A stretch of 46,993 nt of DNA. It comes from a virus. Its lineage: Duplodnaviria > Heunggongvirae > Uroviricota > Caudoviricetes. Made by a program: the position numbers and the translations under genes. This document shows, one piece after another, positions 13,504 through 23,444 of this stretch (within the stretch, counting starts at the first letter, position 1; each line of letters begins with the position of its first letter). The notes under the pieces are model-generated. The model was not told the DNA's origin. It did no database searches and saw only the letters and a program-made list of their open reading frames with translations. The stretch lies in the IMG/VR virus record IMGVR_UViG_2529293060_000009; one strand, given 5' to 3'.

Positions 13504-16500
13504 TACCGATATGCTCCACTTAACCGACCACCATCACGGGCCTGCTGTTGCATAAAGTCCGCTGCCGCTTTTTTCCCAAGGTCATAAACCACCTTCAGGG
13601 CAGCCGGACCTATCTGCCCGTTCGTGCCATCGTTATTGATCTCGATGTTGTACTGCGGGGCAAACATCGCCATACCTGAACCACCAATATCCGCCACAAC
13701 CCCCAGCTTACCGTCAGCACCACGACGCAGAGGCAGAATGGCTTCAGGTCCCGCTTCACCCATCACACCCGCGCCTTTTGCAAAAGCAAAAAACGTCGGA
13801 CGGTTAACCACCGTGCCACTGTAACGACTCAAATCAGCAGACTGATAAATCCCCCCATTGGCATTCAGGGAAAGGCTGCTGAGATCAAATCCCAGTACAC
13901 TGCCAATCCCTTTTATCGATTTCATCATGGTTGCCTGCGCCAGGATTTTCGCCATATCTGACAGCACAGAAGAGGTGAAGGATTTGAAATTGAGTTTGCC
14001 GGTAGTGACAAAAGTTGCCAGGCCATTTCCCATGTTGCTGAAGGCTGACGAGAACACCTGTTCTGCTGTTCCTGCCGTATTATCTGCATCCACGGTAAAA
14101 TCCTGAAATGCACGCAGGACTCCGTTTTTCCAGTTACCCTGCACAACTTCAAGCTGTTGCCAGTAACGGCGATTCTCATTCAGTTGTCGGTTCAGGCTCT
14201 CCGTCAGCGCCTGCTCGGCCTTTCTGTAGTCATCCGTGTTATATGTCCCTTTCTGCTCACTATCCCGCCTCAACTGCTCCAGCTGTTGCTGGTATTTCTG
14301 GCGAAGACTCAGTTGTACCTGATATCGCTGCCGCTGCTGATCACCCATACCCACCGTGGCGATATCCAGGTCATGTTGCTGACGCTGAGCGCGCTCTTCT
14401 TCAGCCAGTTGACTGGTCAGCTGAATTGTTTTTTTCTTCAGATCGTTGAGTGCCGTCTGTTTCTGAAGCTCCTGCTGTTTTACATCCAGCAGCGTCAGTG
14501 CCTGAATCAGTTCATCTTTACGGGCCAGCACACTCTTTTCATCTGCCGTCAGTTTTTTCCCGTCCAGATCGCTGATGCGCTGCTGCAGAGCCAGAAGCTG
14601 TTTATGCGCTTCTGTCATCTTTTCAGTGGCAATGCCTGCTGACTGTCTTGCAGCAGCAATCTGTCCTTCCACCTGTGCCTGTTGCTGACTGTACTGCAGC
14701 AATAACCGGGTGGCCTCATCATTACGGGTTTCGCGTGTTTTTTTCTTACCGGATGCCAGGGCTTTCTCGTAACGTTCATTTTCACGTTGTATCGCTGCAT
14801 CCCTGACAGCCTGATCGGCGTACTGCATGGAATTAATACGCGCAATTTCACGCTGATGTCGTGCTGCTTCCGTTTCATTCATCCGGTTCAGTGCAGCATT
14901 TTCAGCATTACGTCGTTTCTGTTGCTCCTGATAATTCCGCTCTGCCTGCTCTTTTGCATCCTGCAAATCCTTCTGGCGTTTTTTCTCCTGAAGATCGTTA
15001 AGACGCTGCTGATCGTATTCAACCTGAGAAGATGATGCCGTCCAGGGGAGTCTTTTCGCCCGCGACACTTTCTCCTGTAAAGCGGCAATCTGTTCATCCA
15101 GCGAGTCTTCACGACCAATATTCATGGCCGCATCCCAGAAACGACTCCACAAATCAGACAGATACTTCAGCGTACTGCCAAGCGCATTGAGGTTATTATC
15201 AATATCCGCAGTACGCCGACCGGTTTCCTCTGCCAGTGCAGACATGGCTATCCGTGCAGCATCACTGGACCGTCCCTGATCCCCAAGGACACGTATCTGC
15301 TCAAGCTGAGTGGCAGTAAGAAAATGCAGCTCATTGTCCAGAGCCTTCGCGGCATTTACAGGATCATCCTTCAGCCGCTTAAACTGATTTATGGTATCGC
15401 TGACCGACTGGCCAACCGATCGCTCCATCTGTGCGGCAGCTCTCGCCACCATACCGATATCGTTTCCACGAAATGCACCACTCCCCACCACCTGAGCCAG
15501 CGCACCGGCTGCAGCATGTTGCGTGATACCATTCCCGGAAATAGCACGACTGAGCGTCCACAGCTGCCCGGCAGTGACTCCGGCATAATGCCCCGTCAGC
15601 GACAACTGGCGGTTAAATTCTTCCCCCTCCTTCTGACCGTCATACCAGGCTTTACCCAGACCATAGACGGACGCGGCAATACCGCCAATAACCCCGCCAA
15701 GCATCATGCCTTTCGGTGACATCAGAGTGTCTATCCATCCGGCACGGTTAGCCAGCGTTATCCCGGATCCCCTCAGCGCCCCTAAATTGCCGCGGGCCAG
15801 TTCACCTATCAGAACGCCAATCTCCTGGCGGGCCGCTGCACTTTTCAGACCCAGCGAATGCGTGGCTTTTCCTGCCTGCTCCATTTTGCGGATATACACT
15901 TCTGCAGCACTGCTTACCCCCAGCTGGGCAGCCTTAGCACGAAGCAACTCAGAAGAAGAAAGATTCTGGCGGGTTGCCTGCTCTTTAAGCTGACGGATAA
16001 ACGCCACTTTCTGTCGGGTAGCCTCTTCCTCAGCCTGCGTAAGAACACGGGTTTTCGCCGTAACCTCAGAAATCAGCGCCAGATAATCCTGCTGACCAAT
16101 CCCGCCACTGTTTCTGGCCTGTCGGATCTGCTGCTGAATACGCTGTAATTCCTGCAGCCCCGCACTGGCCTGTTTCACACTGTCAATCTGACGATAAAAC
16201 GCGGCAGCCGCTTTATCCTGAGCCTCCGCCAGAGCCATGGCCTGCGCCTGTTCCTCGCGCATTTTCTGGCTCAGTGCCTCCATACGCTGGCGGGTTTGCT
16301 CCACCTCGCGGGCCATGCGTTCATGAGCCTGTGCGCTCTTCTCCACCGTCTGCGCATGGACGGATGCGGCTGTTGCAGCCGAAGAAGCCGCCTGCATTGT
16401 CTGCCGGGCGGCCTGAGTCTGACGCTCCATAAAACGCTGCATACGGGCAGAAGACCGTTCTGCATCGCTGGCTGCACCATTCAGAAGGTTTTTGATACGG

Positions 16501-16568
16501 GGAATTTCATTTTTAAACTCTGCCGCATCAATCCCCAAATCAATGACCAAGTTGGCTATCTGGTCCAT
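13503..16568 (-). CDS. H: Tail tape measure protein H
   Basis: About 1020 aa, coiled-coil rich. C-terminus (NNDGTNGQIGPAALKVVYDLGKKAA...) resembles my recollection of the lambda gpH C-terminus. Start chosen at internal Met (MDQIANLVIDLG) by analogy with lambda; the track ORF extends to 16598. Confidence 0.85.
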   Translation of the reverse strand: MDQIANLVIDLGIDAAEFKNEIPRIKNLLNGAASDAERSSARMQRFMERQTQAARQTMQAASSAATAASVHAQTVEKSAQAHERMAREVEQTRQRMEALSQKMREEQAQAMALAEAQDKAAAAFYRQIDSVKQASAGLQELQRIQQQIRQARNSGGIGQQDYLALISEVTAKTRVLTQAEEEATRQKVAFIRQLKEQATRQNLSSSELLRAKAAQLGVSSAAEVYIRKMEQAGKATHSLGLKSAAARQEIGVLIGELARGNLGALRGSGITLANRAGWIDTLMSPKGMMLGGVIGGIAASVYGLGKAWYDGQKEGEEFNRQLSLTGHYAGVTAGQLWTLSRAISGNGITQHAAAGALAQVVGSGAFRGNDIGMVARAAAQMERSVGQSVSDTINQFKRLKDDPVNAAKALDNELHFLTATQLEQIRVLGDQGRSSDAARIAMSALAEETGRRTADIDNNLNALGSTLKYLSDLWSRFWDAAMNIGREDSLDEQIAALQEKVSRAKRLPWTASSSQVEYDQQRLNDLQEKKRQKDLQDAKEQAERNYQEQQKRRNAENAALNRMNETEAARHQREIARINSMQYADQAVRDAAIQRENERYEKALASGKKKTRETRNDEATRLLLQYSQQQAQVEGQIAAARQSAGIATEKMTEAHKQLLALQQRISDLDGKKLTADEKSVLARKDELIQALTLLDVKQQELQKQTALNDLKKKTIQLTSQLAEEERAQRQQHDLDIATVGMGDQQRQRYQVQLSLRQKYQQQLEQLRRDSEQKGTYNTDDYRKAEQALTESLNRQLNENRRYWQQLEVVQGNWKNGVLRAFQDFTVDADNTAGTAEQVFSSAFSNMGNGLATFVTTGKLNFKSFTSSVLSDMAKILAQATMMKSIKGIGSVLGFDLSSLSLNANGGIYQSADLSRYSGTVVNRPTFFAFAKGAGVMGEAGPEAILPLRRGADGKLGVVADIGGSGMAMFAPQYNIEINNDGTNGQIGPAALKVVYDLGKKAAADFMQQQARDGGRLSGAYR

Positions 16569-16869
16569 AACGCACACCTCCGGAAATACCTTCCCCAAGA
16601 TGCATCAGTTCTTCGTCCGTTCGCTCCGGTATCCCGTTCTCTTCCGGTAAAAGGCTGAAATCAGCCACCGCAGCATCACTGCTACCGGACACCATTCTCA
16701 CGATCAATGCCTTCAGCGAGGCAAACTGCGCATCCATCCACACATCACTGAAGCTCTGCATCCGGAAATAATCGCCCCACTCACCAAGCTCAGTGGCCGA
16801 CATTTCCGACAGCATCCGCCGCCAGTCTGCCCGCCGGAACTCCCGGGCAAGCCGCATGACAAACTGCAT
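16540..16869 (-). CDS. T: Tail assembly chaperone T segment (expressed as a G-T fusion by -1 frameshift)
   Basis: ORF in the -1 frame relative to G, beginning before the G stop, as in lambda G/GT. Candidate slippery sequence ggaaaag at about 16884..16890 on the minus strand. Confidence 0.7.
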   Translation of the reverse strand: MQFVMRLAREFRRADWRRMLSEMSATELGEWGDYFRMQSFSDVWMDAQFASLKALIVRMVSGSSDAAVADFSLLPEENGIPERTDEELMHLGEGISGGVRYGPDSQLGH

Positions 16870-16877
16870 TTCCCGCG

Positions 16878-17306
16878 TCAGGACTTTTCCGGCGTCAGCA
16901 CCTCATGCTCCAAATCCCCGGCATTCTCAATGACTCCCATACCGCTCAGCGACAGAACCATCTCCGCCCCCGCTCCCAGGGCATCATACGACCATGTTGT
17001 AATAACGGATGCGCAAAGCGTCTCAACATCCTGAGACTGTTCCGCATTCCACAGTGAGCGGGAAACCAGCCAGGCATTGATATCCATCCCCATCCGCAGA
17101 AAAGCAATCTGTCGTTCAGCCTCCGGCAGTTCTCCCTCTTCGGCATCAAACTTTGCCGTTCGCTGCTGAACAAACGCCAGATATTCAATTCTCTGCAGCC
17201 CGGACAGCTCACTGAGCACCACGGACTGCTTTTCATAATTAAACGTGCCCTGTTTCAGAAACATCATGTTCTCCACCTGCAAAAAAGCCCCGGATAACCG
17301 GGGCAA
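16878..17306 (-). CDS. G: Tail assembly chaperone G
   Basis: 142-aa acidic protein between V and T. Lambda gpG is 140 aa. Confidence 0.8.
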   Translation of the reverse strand: MPRLSGAFLQVENMMFLKQGTFNYEKQSVVLSELSGLQRIEYLAFVQQRTAKFDAEEGELPEAERQIAFLRMGMDINAWLVSRSLWNAEQSQDVETLCASVITTWSYDALGAGAEMVLSLSGMGVIENAGDLEHEVLTPEKS

Positions 17307-17324
17307 ATGATGAGTATCGTCCTG

Positions 17325-18074
17325 TTAACCTGCGGCGCTGACAGCCACCGCAGCCACTGCCACAAAATCGCCGTCAGAAGTCATGCCCACAATGCTGACA
17401 CTGCCCTGCTTCACGCCTTTCACCGTGGCCACAAGCCCGTTCAGGGTCACCGTGGCAGTCTGTGGATCTGTCGAATGCACACTGATCGCTTTGTCACTGG
17501 CTCCGTCAGGTTTTACTGTAAAGGTCAGCGTGGTGGTTGCTCCCACTTTTACACTGGCAGATGCCGGTGCCACCGTCAGCCCGGTAACGCTCACTGTTTC
17601 AGTGCCTTCCTCTGCCAGATACGGACGCCCCACACCGCTGATTTTCACTGTGCGGGTCATCACGTCTTTTGAGGCAATGGTTTTACCCAGTGAGCTCAGC
17701 CAGCCACGGAAAACATCAACAGTGCCGTTGGGATATTTGATACGAAACGCGCAGACTTCACCGGAGTCGAACAACTGAACCAGTTTTTTCTGCCCGCTGT
17801 CACCCGGACGCCAGGCCAGCGTCGCCGAAGTATCACCGACGGATTTCTGCCCCTGGGTTGTCGTTTTCCAGTCTGCATCTTCATCATCGAGATAAGTGTC
17901 ATCTTCTGCATCAGCGGTCATTTCGCCAGGTTGCAGATCCTTCACCATCGCAAGACGCAGCCAGTCAGTGTCCGATAAAGGGTTCGCAAACGCATCGCCC
18001 TTGCCGGTGTACATCCAGAACGTCGTTCCCGCACCTTTCGTTTTTGCCAGTGGATTTGGTGTGGTCATTGCCAC
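17325..18074 (-). CDS. V: Major tail tube protein V with C-terminal Ig-like domain
   Basis: 249-aa ORF (lambda gpV is 246 aa). Thr/Val-rich C-terminal domain typical of the gpV Ig-like extension. Confidence 0.85.
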   Translation of the reverse strand: MAMTTPNPLAKTKGAGTTFWMYTGKGDAFANPLSDTDWLRLAMVKDLQPGEMTADAEDDTYLDDEDADWKTTTQGQKSVGDTSATLAWRPGDSGQKKLVQLFDSGEVCAFRIKYPNGTVDVFRGWLSSLGKTIASKDVMTRTVKISGVGRPYLAEEGTETVSVTGLTVAPASASVKVGATTTLTFTVKPDGASDKAISVHSTDPQTATVTLNGLVATVKGVKQGSVSIVGMTSDGDFVAVAAVAVSAAG

Positions 18075-18079
18075 CTCCT

Positions 18080-18493
18080 TTAATTCGTGTACGTGATCTG
18101 GTACGTGATTTCCGCCATCGCCCAGGTGGCCATCTCATTATCACGTTGATAGTTAAAACCGAGAGGGATCAGGGTGTCGATGAGTCCGGAAAGTGCCGGT
18201 ATATCATTCAGGGCCGGGAAAATGGTGCTCTCCATCCACATATCCAGCTCTGAATCCGGTGCCTGTGCCCGGATGAAGACAGCAATATGCAGAACAGCCT
18301 GCCAGTCATCTTCATCCGTCATTTTTCCGGTGTACTGAGCATCACTCAGCCACACCGCCACGGCAGGCAGTTCCTGCGCATCAATAAATGCCGGAAGCCC
18401 GTCAAAAAACGTGGCGCTGTCTCCACACTGTTCCCGAAGGCGTGCCAGTACGGCCTGGCGGATTTGTGTATGTCGGTTCATCGGGTCAGCCAT
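18080..18493 (-). CDS. U: Tail terminator protein U
   Basis: 137-aa ORF in the lambda U position. Confidence 0.8.
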   Translation of the reverse strand: MADPMNRHTQIRQAVLARLREQCGDSATFFDGLPAFIDAQELPAVAVWLSDAQYTGKMTDEDDWQAVLHIAVFIRAQAPDSELDMWMESTIFPALNDIPALSGLIDTLIPLGFNYQRDNEMATWAMAEITYQITYTN

Positions 18494-19056
18494 AACCTCA
18501 GTTGTTGTTTCAGTGCATACCCCAGCTGTTTCGGCATTTCCGCAGCAATAATGCGGTCGCGGGCATCTTCAAATGCCTGTGTCAGCGGTCCGGACAGCGG
18601 GACTTTCACCACATCAATGGGGTAACGATTTTTGCCATCAATACGCCGCATCACATGCCAGCGACCATTCGCCAGTTGCTGAATAAACGCATCCCGGAAA
18701 AGATATTTACCCACCTTCAGCACACTGCCACGGTACTGCTGTTTTCCACCACGCCGGGCCAGTCTGACCCGGGCTGTCCCCAGCTTAATAGCGGGCAGAT
18801 TGCCCCGGTTAACGCGGATCCTGGCCGTCATTTTTCCTGACGGACTGGCTTTAAACACCCGGACACGCTGACGTACCAGTTTCAGGGGGATCCCTTTCAC
18901 CTGGTTATCTCCCGCAACGGTATTCCCGGCAACCTGCCGGGTGGCGACCGAGACCGCTTTCTGTGCCACACGGTTTATCGCCCATGCGCTGGCCTGTGGC
19001 ACCATACGGGTATCAAGGCTGTTCAGATTACGGATGGCATTCTCAAGCCCCTTCAT
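18478..19056 (-). CDS. Z: Tail completion protein Z
   Basis: 192 aa, same length as lambda gpZ. Synteny. Confidence 0.8.
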   Translation of the reverse strand: MKGLENAIRNLNSLDTRMVPQASAWAINRVAQKAVSVATRQVAGNTVAGDNQVKGIPLKLVRQRVRVFKASPSGKMTARIRVNRGNLPAIKLGTARVRLARRGGKQQYRGSVLKVGKYLFRDAFIQQLANGRWHVMRRIDGKNRYPIDVVKVPLSGPLTQAFEDARDRIIAAEMPKQLGYALKQQLRLWLTR

Positions 19057-19067
19057 CCCACACCTCT

Positions 19068-19343
19068 TTACTCAATAAAGATCATTGGCTTACCGTTAAA
19101 ACGTTCATGCCGTGTGACCGTCCATTGTTGTCCGTCATAAACAACGCGATCCCCGCGCCGTGGGCGGTATCCCGAAGAAAACACCACCAGAGAGACCGCA
19201 GGTCCGGACAGAGCATTCAGCTCTGCCAGTGTTTCTCCCGGGATCACAGTCATATCGACATCATTAATCGAGGCTGTCTTTCCCATCTTTCTAACCGTGA
19301 TAGCATCCATACGCGCTGCCAGCCGGGAAAAGGGATCAGACAT
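19068..19343 (-). CDS. Head-tail joining protein (FII-position)
   Basis: 91-aa ORF between the head genes and Z. Assignment is by position only. Confidence 0.45.
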   Translation of the reverse strand: MSDPFSRLAARMDAITVRKMGKTASINDVDMTVIPGETLAELNALSGPAVSLVVFSSGYRPRRGDRVVYDGQQWTVTRHERFNGKPMIFIE

Positions 19344-19659
19344 TGAGTTTTACCGGCACTTCTTCTGCACTGGTTCCGGCATCTGCCCAGACAACCCCGA
19401 CCAGCGGATCAGAGCCGCTGTTAGTCAGCTGAACTTTTCCGGACTTCAGATAAACCTTCTTACCCGTTTTCATGTCATCCGTTTTCAGCTTAGGCAGCAT
19501 AAACACACCTTCGGTCATGCCGTCGCCTGTTTCACCCTGTGGAATATCGGTCAGCGCCACCGCAAAAACATCGCCCACCTGCACCAGATCTCCGCTGCTG
19601 ATGGCTGCACTGGCAACAATCGCCACCGTTTTTCCTTCTTCTACAAAATTCTTTGCCAT
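19336..19659 (-). CDS. Small head-associated protein (FI/decoration position; DUF2190-like by recollection)
   Basis: ORF immediately downstream of the capsid gene. Start set at internal Met MAKNFVEEGKT. Confidence 0.4.
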   Translation of the reverse strand: MAKNFVEEGKTVAIVASAAISSGDLVQVGDVFAVALTDIPQGETGDGMTEGVFMLPKLKTDDMKTGKKVYLKSGKVQLTNSGSDPLVGVVWADAGTSAEEVPVKLNV

Positions 19660-19745
19660 AACTGTCTCCGCACAGCCCCGTTCAGGGGCTGATTTCAGGT
19701 ACAAAAAAAGCCCTTACGGGCCATCAGAGTTGTTGTCTGCGACGT

Positions 19746-21704
19746 TTACGCCGTACATTTCACCAGACCGCGGTGATCAACTGGCGCGACACCGGCGTCA
19801 ATACGCACTTTCGTTGTCACGCCATCCACACTGAAGCCCTCCATCTGATCAATATATGGCGTATCCACACCGTTGAGATAAGCCACTTCAATCGTATCGG
19901 AGCCTTTTGACGCAGCCAGGTAGAAGGTGGTCTGGCTGTTATCATCAAGACGAGGCTCTGCAATAACGGTCGCAAAATCTTTCACCGGGTTAATAATACC
20001 GGCGTTAATGTCAGCCCCCTTGACACTTGAGGAGCGAATGACCTGGTTAGCAACAGACTCCATCGCCGTCGGTACCAGTACGAACGCAGGACGAATATTC
20101 AGATGACGCTCCCCCTCTTTCTGAACGCGCATCAACTGGCGGGCTTTATCCAGCGATGCCACGTCCATTGCAGCGCTCTCCAGTACGTTTGCATGTTTCG
20201 CTTTATCGAACAGACTTACATTATCTGTGGAGATTTTCGGGTTAGACGTCAGAATGGCATAAACCAGATCGGCAATAGTGGATTTCGCCGCACGGCCCAG
20301 TTTCATCGGGACATCGGTCAGCATATTCAGATCATCATTGATAATGGCCTGACGGGTGATACTGAACAGCTCGCCATAGGTCGCCAGTGCAATAGTGGCC
20401 TGTTTATCTCCGGTGGTGACGTATTTATATTCCGCCCCTTCACGCACCTGACGTAGAGCACTGAAGCCCCCCATACCCACACGATGGGCAATTTTAAAAT
20501 CAGACAACTGACCTTTCCGCGTCCACTGTTCATAGGTTTCAGGGGCATCTTCCCAGCCCTGCAGAATGGCTTTGTTCGCAACATCCAGCAGAATATTACC
20601 GAAGTCAGACGTACTGTGTGTGAACGCCGCACCGACCATCTGCATCGGGTTATAACCGGAAACCCCAATACCCCGTTCAGTTAGTGACATACGGGCATAT
20701 TCACGCAGGGTCATCCCGTTGTAGACATTATCACGTTCGGTTTTTTCAAATCCGGCACGCGCCATCAGCGCCTGGCGAATCCCGTCCCCCACAAAATTAC
20801 CGTTACCGGCATAAATATGAGCCGGGGTATTTTTATTGGATGGCGTGGACTCGCGCCCCATCTCGTTCAACAGCTTTTCACGGGCCTGCTCCAGCGAACA
20901 TTCAGGATCGGCAAGACACTGGGCCTGCAGCGTCTGATAACGCCCGCCAAACATGGCAAACAGATCATTAATACCGTTTACACGCGCTTTTTGCTCTGCC
21001 AGTACCTGCGCACGGATACTGTTTTCATCCACCACGGGTGCTGCTGCCTGCACTGGCGTCCGGGAGGCTGCAGGTTCATCATCCTGTACGCGTGGAGCAC
21101 TGTTGCGTGGCGGAGTAATCATGTTTCGAATGGATTCCGGCATCTTTTTAAATTCCTCTGTACGTTTTGACTGAATACATGCCATTGCCTTAACGGCTGG
21201 TGTCACCTGATCAGCAAATCCCTGTGCCAGACATTCGGCACCGGACATCCAGGTCTCATCCGCCAGCATGGCAGCAATTTCATCGGTGGTTTTCCCGGTT
21301 TTCTGTGCATAAGCGGGTAACAGAACCGCCTCAACTTTATCGAGCAGGTCGGCATAGGTGCGCATGTCCTCCGCATCACCGCCCGTAAAGCCAAATGGTT
21401 TATGAATCATCATGAAGGAGTTTTCCGGCATAATGACCGGGTTTCCCACCATCGCAATGACCGACGCCATTGACGCCGCCACACCGTCGACATAAACGGT
21501 AATGGACGCACCATGTGTTTTCAGTGCATTAAAAATGGCGATGCCTTCAAAGACATCGCCACCCGGTGAATTAATATGGAGATTAATGTGGGTGATATCG
21601 CCCAGTGCATTCAGATCACTGATAAACTGCTTCGCTGTAACACCCCAGAAACCAATCTCGTCATAAATATAAATATCCGCGTCACTCTGGTGACCTGCCT
21701 GCAT
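19746..21704 (-). CDS. Prohead protease (ClpP/S14-like) fused to HK97-fold major capsid protein
   Basis: N-terminal region has ClpP-like features (..HINSPGGDVFEGIAIFNALK..MASVIA..), followed by a long capsid-like C-terminal domain. Start set at Met 21704 because the track ORF start at 21965 would overlap the portal gene by about 250 nt. Confidence 0.7.
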   Translation of the reverse strand: MQAGHQSDADIYIYDEIGFWGVTAKQFISDLNALGDITHINLHINSPGGDVFEGIAIFNALKTHGASITVYVDGVAASMASVIAMVGNPVIMPENSFMMIHKPFGFTGGDAEDMRTYADLLDKVEAVLLPAYAQKTGKTTDEIAAMLADETWMSGAECLAQGFADQVTPAVKAMACIQSKRTEEFKKMPESIRNMITPPRNSAPRVQDDEPAASRTPVQAAAPVVDENSIRAQVLAEQKARVNGINDLFAMFGGRYQTLQAQCLADPECSLEQAREKLLNEMGRESTPSNKNTPAHIYAGNGNFVGDGIRQALMARAGFEKTERDNVYNGMTLREYARMSLTERGIGVSGYNPMQMVGAAFTHSTSDFGNILLDVANKAILQGWEDAPETYEQWTRKGQLSDFKIAHRVGMGGFSALRQVREGAEYKYVTTGDKQATIALATYGELFSITRQAIINDDLNMLTDVPMKLGRAAKSTIADLVYAILTSNPKISTDNVSLFDKAKHANVLESAAMDVASLDKARQLMRVQKEGERHLNIRPAFVLVPTAMESVANQVIRSSSVKGADINAGIINPVKDFATVIAEPRLDDNSQTTFYLAASKGSDTIEVAYLNGVDTPYIDQMEGFSVDGVTTKVRIDAGVAPVDHRGLVKCTA

Positions 21705-21717
21705 CCTGAACCAGGAA

Positions 21718-23226
21718 TTATTCTTCGGACTGGTCGTCGGTGTGCTGCGGCTCCTGTCGTTTCGTTGCGGCACTGCTGCCTCCTTTATCACTGGCCGGAT
21801 CGGTATCAAATACCAGATCCAGCTTGCGGTTTTCATCAATTTCGGCCTTGCGCCGACGTTTGACATCATCCGGATTACGACCACCTGCACGTACCCAGTC
21901 TGATTCTGTCGCCGCTCCACCACGAATCTGAATTTTCCAGGCCTCAGCCTCCTTAACAGGGTCAATCCACGGCATCACCGGTCCGGAATACACCGCGGTA
22001 TACAGTGAAGAACGATCAAGATCGCGGGGTAGCCTGATAACACCGGATGCCACAGCCTGTTTCAGCCAGGCACGATACATCGGGCGGGTGACGGCACCAA
22101 TAAACCAGTCCTGCAGGATCAGGTAGCCATCAGTGGATTCAACCAGCTCCTGACGCTGGGCGCTGTAAGTGCCGTTATAGTTGCGTGCCGTACTGGAAAA
22201 ACTCAGACGACTGCCCGCCGCCACGGCACGCAACTGACCATTACGAAAAGTTTCAAGGTTAGGATTGGGACGATCCGACTTCACCATTCCGATTTCTTCG
22301 CCGGGTTTCAGATCGTCGTAAATAATGCCTGGCTGAATGGTAAGCTCGCGTTCATTCTCCTTGCTGTCATTACCATCCGGTTCATAGCTCTGCCCGTCGC
22401 CTTTCCGGATGTACATCCCCAGAGCAGCGGCGATCCTTGCTGCAGTCAGCTCAGAATCTTCATACTCTTTCAGGGCACTGAGGCGGATCAGCACACCGGA
22501 CAACAAAGACGTCCCGCGCATCTGGTGCAGACGGCGAACAAATTTAAGATGCAGCATTCGCTCTGCATCCACTTCTTTGGTTTCCATCTGCCGCCCGGAT
22601 ACGGGACGGCTTTTATACACCAGATATTTTTCGGGACGCCCCCAGTCATCAACAAACACGCCCTGATTCAGCCTGTTGCTCTCATCACTGGTCATGGGAA
22701 TAAAGTCCGGCTCGAGCGCCTCCAGCCAGAAATGAACACCGGCAGAAGGCGTCAGGCTGTTTATGCGCCCGGAAACCATCTGGGCAAACACCTCACCATC
22801 GCGCAGCCAGGTACGCAGCATCAGACGTTCCAGCATCGGACGGGTAAACTGCCCGGTGACTTCCGGACTGACAGACCATTCACTCCATCGGGTGCGTATC
22901 TCCGCTGCCAGATCACGGGCAATGGCCCCATTGCGTAATACCGGATGTGGCTCGACAATAATCCCGTTTTTCCCCACCACCCGTTCTTCCAGCTTGTCAA
23001 ATACACCAATAACCAGATCGTGGTTGTTATCAAGGTAACGGGCCTGCTCACGTAACGACACGGCCCCGTACTGGCTTAACTGGTCGGCAGTTCGGTTTTC
23101 CCGCCGGGCTTTGTGTGTCCGTGTCGTTTTTACGGCCTCATAAGCCTGGATCACCGCACGGGAACGCAGCCTTGCCGCTTTCCATCCTGGTGAAAAAACG
23201 CCAATCACATCATCAAGAATTGCCAT
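21718..23226 (-). CDS. Portal protein
   Basis: About 500-aa ORF between the terminase/W-like gene and the protease-capsid gene. Start at Met (MAILDDV..) forms an ATGA overlap with the preceding gene stop. Confidence 0.8.
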   Translation of the reverse strand: MAILDDVIGVFSPGWKAARLRSRAVIQAYEAVKTTRTHKARRENRTADQLSQYGAVSLREQARYLDNNHDLVIGVFDKLEERVVGKNGIIVEPHPVLRNGAIARDLAAEIRTRWSEWSVSPEVTGQFTRPMLERLMLRTWLRDGEVFAQMVSGRINSLTPSAGVHFWLEALEPDFIPMTSDESNRLNQGVFVDDWGRPEKYLVYKSRPVSGRQMETKEVDAERMLHLKFVRRLHQMRGTSLLSGVLIRLSALKEYEDSELTAARIAAALGMYIRKGDGQSYEPDGNDSKENERELTIQPGIIYDDLKPGEEIGMVKSDRPNPNLETFRNGQLRAVAAGSRLSFSSTARNYNGTYSAQRQELVESTDGYLILQDWFIGAVTRPMYRAWLKQAVASGVIRLPRDLDRSSLYTAVYSGPVMPWIDPVKEAEAWKIQIRGGAATESDWVRAGGRNPDDVKRRRKAEIDENRKLDLVFDTDPASDKGGSSAATKRQEPQHTDDQSEE

Positions 23227-23444
23227 CAGAACCTCGCCAGCCGGTACCCGGGATGCCCCCGTCGTCGTGTAATCAGAGCCGCAAGGCGGCGCTCCCACTC
23301 CTGCCGTCCCTGCCGGATCTCAGATAAGTTTTCCATGGTCATCTGCTGACCATTAAAGGTGACGGATTTTCCGTCCAGCACCGCCATTTCAGCTTCCGTA
23401 TAACGCTGAATCATGGCTTCGATATCATTCTGGTTCATAACCAT
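23226..23444 (-). CDS. Small head-tail connector protein in the gpW position
   Basis: 72-aa ORF between terminase large subunit and portal. Lambda gpW is 68 aa. Confidence 0.55.
   Translation of the reverse strand: MVMNQNDIEAMIQRYTEAEMAVLDGKSVTFNGQQMTMENLSEIRQGRQEWERRLAALITRRRGHPGYRLARF

Noticed and set aside
19746-21965. Using the longest-ORF start (21965) for the protease-capsid gene
   Set aside because: It would overlap the portal gene by about 250 nt on the same strand; an internal Met at 21704 gives a conventional short overlap. The exact start remains uncertain.
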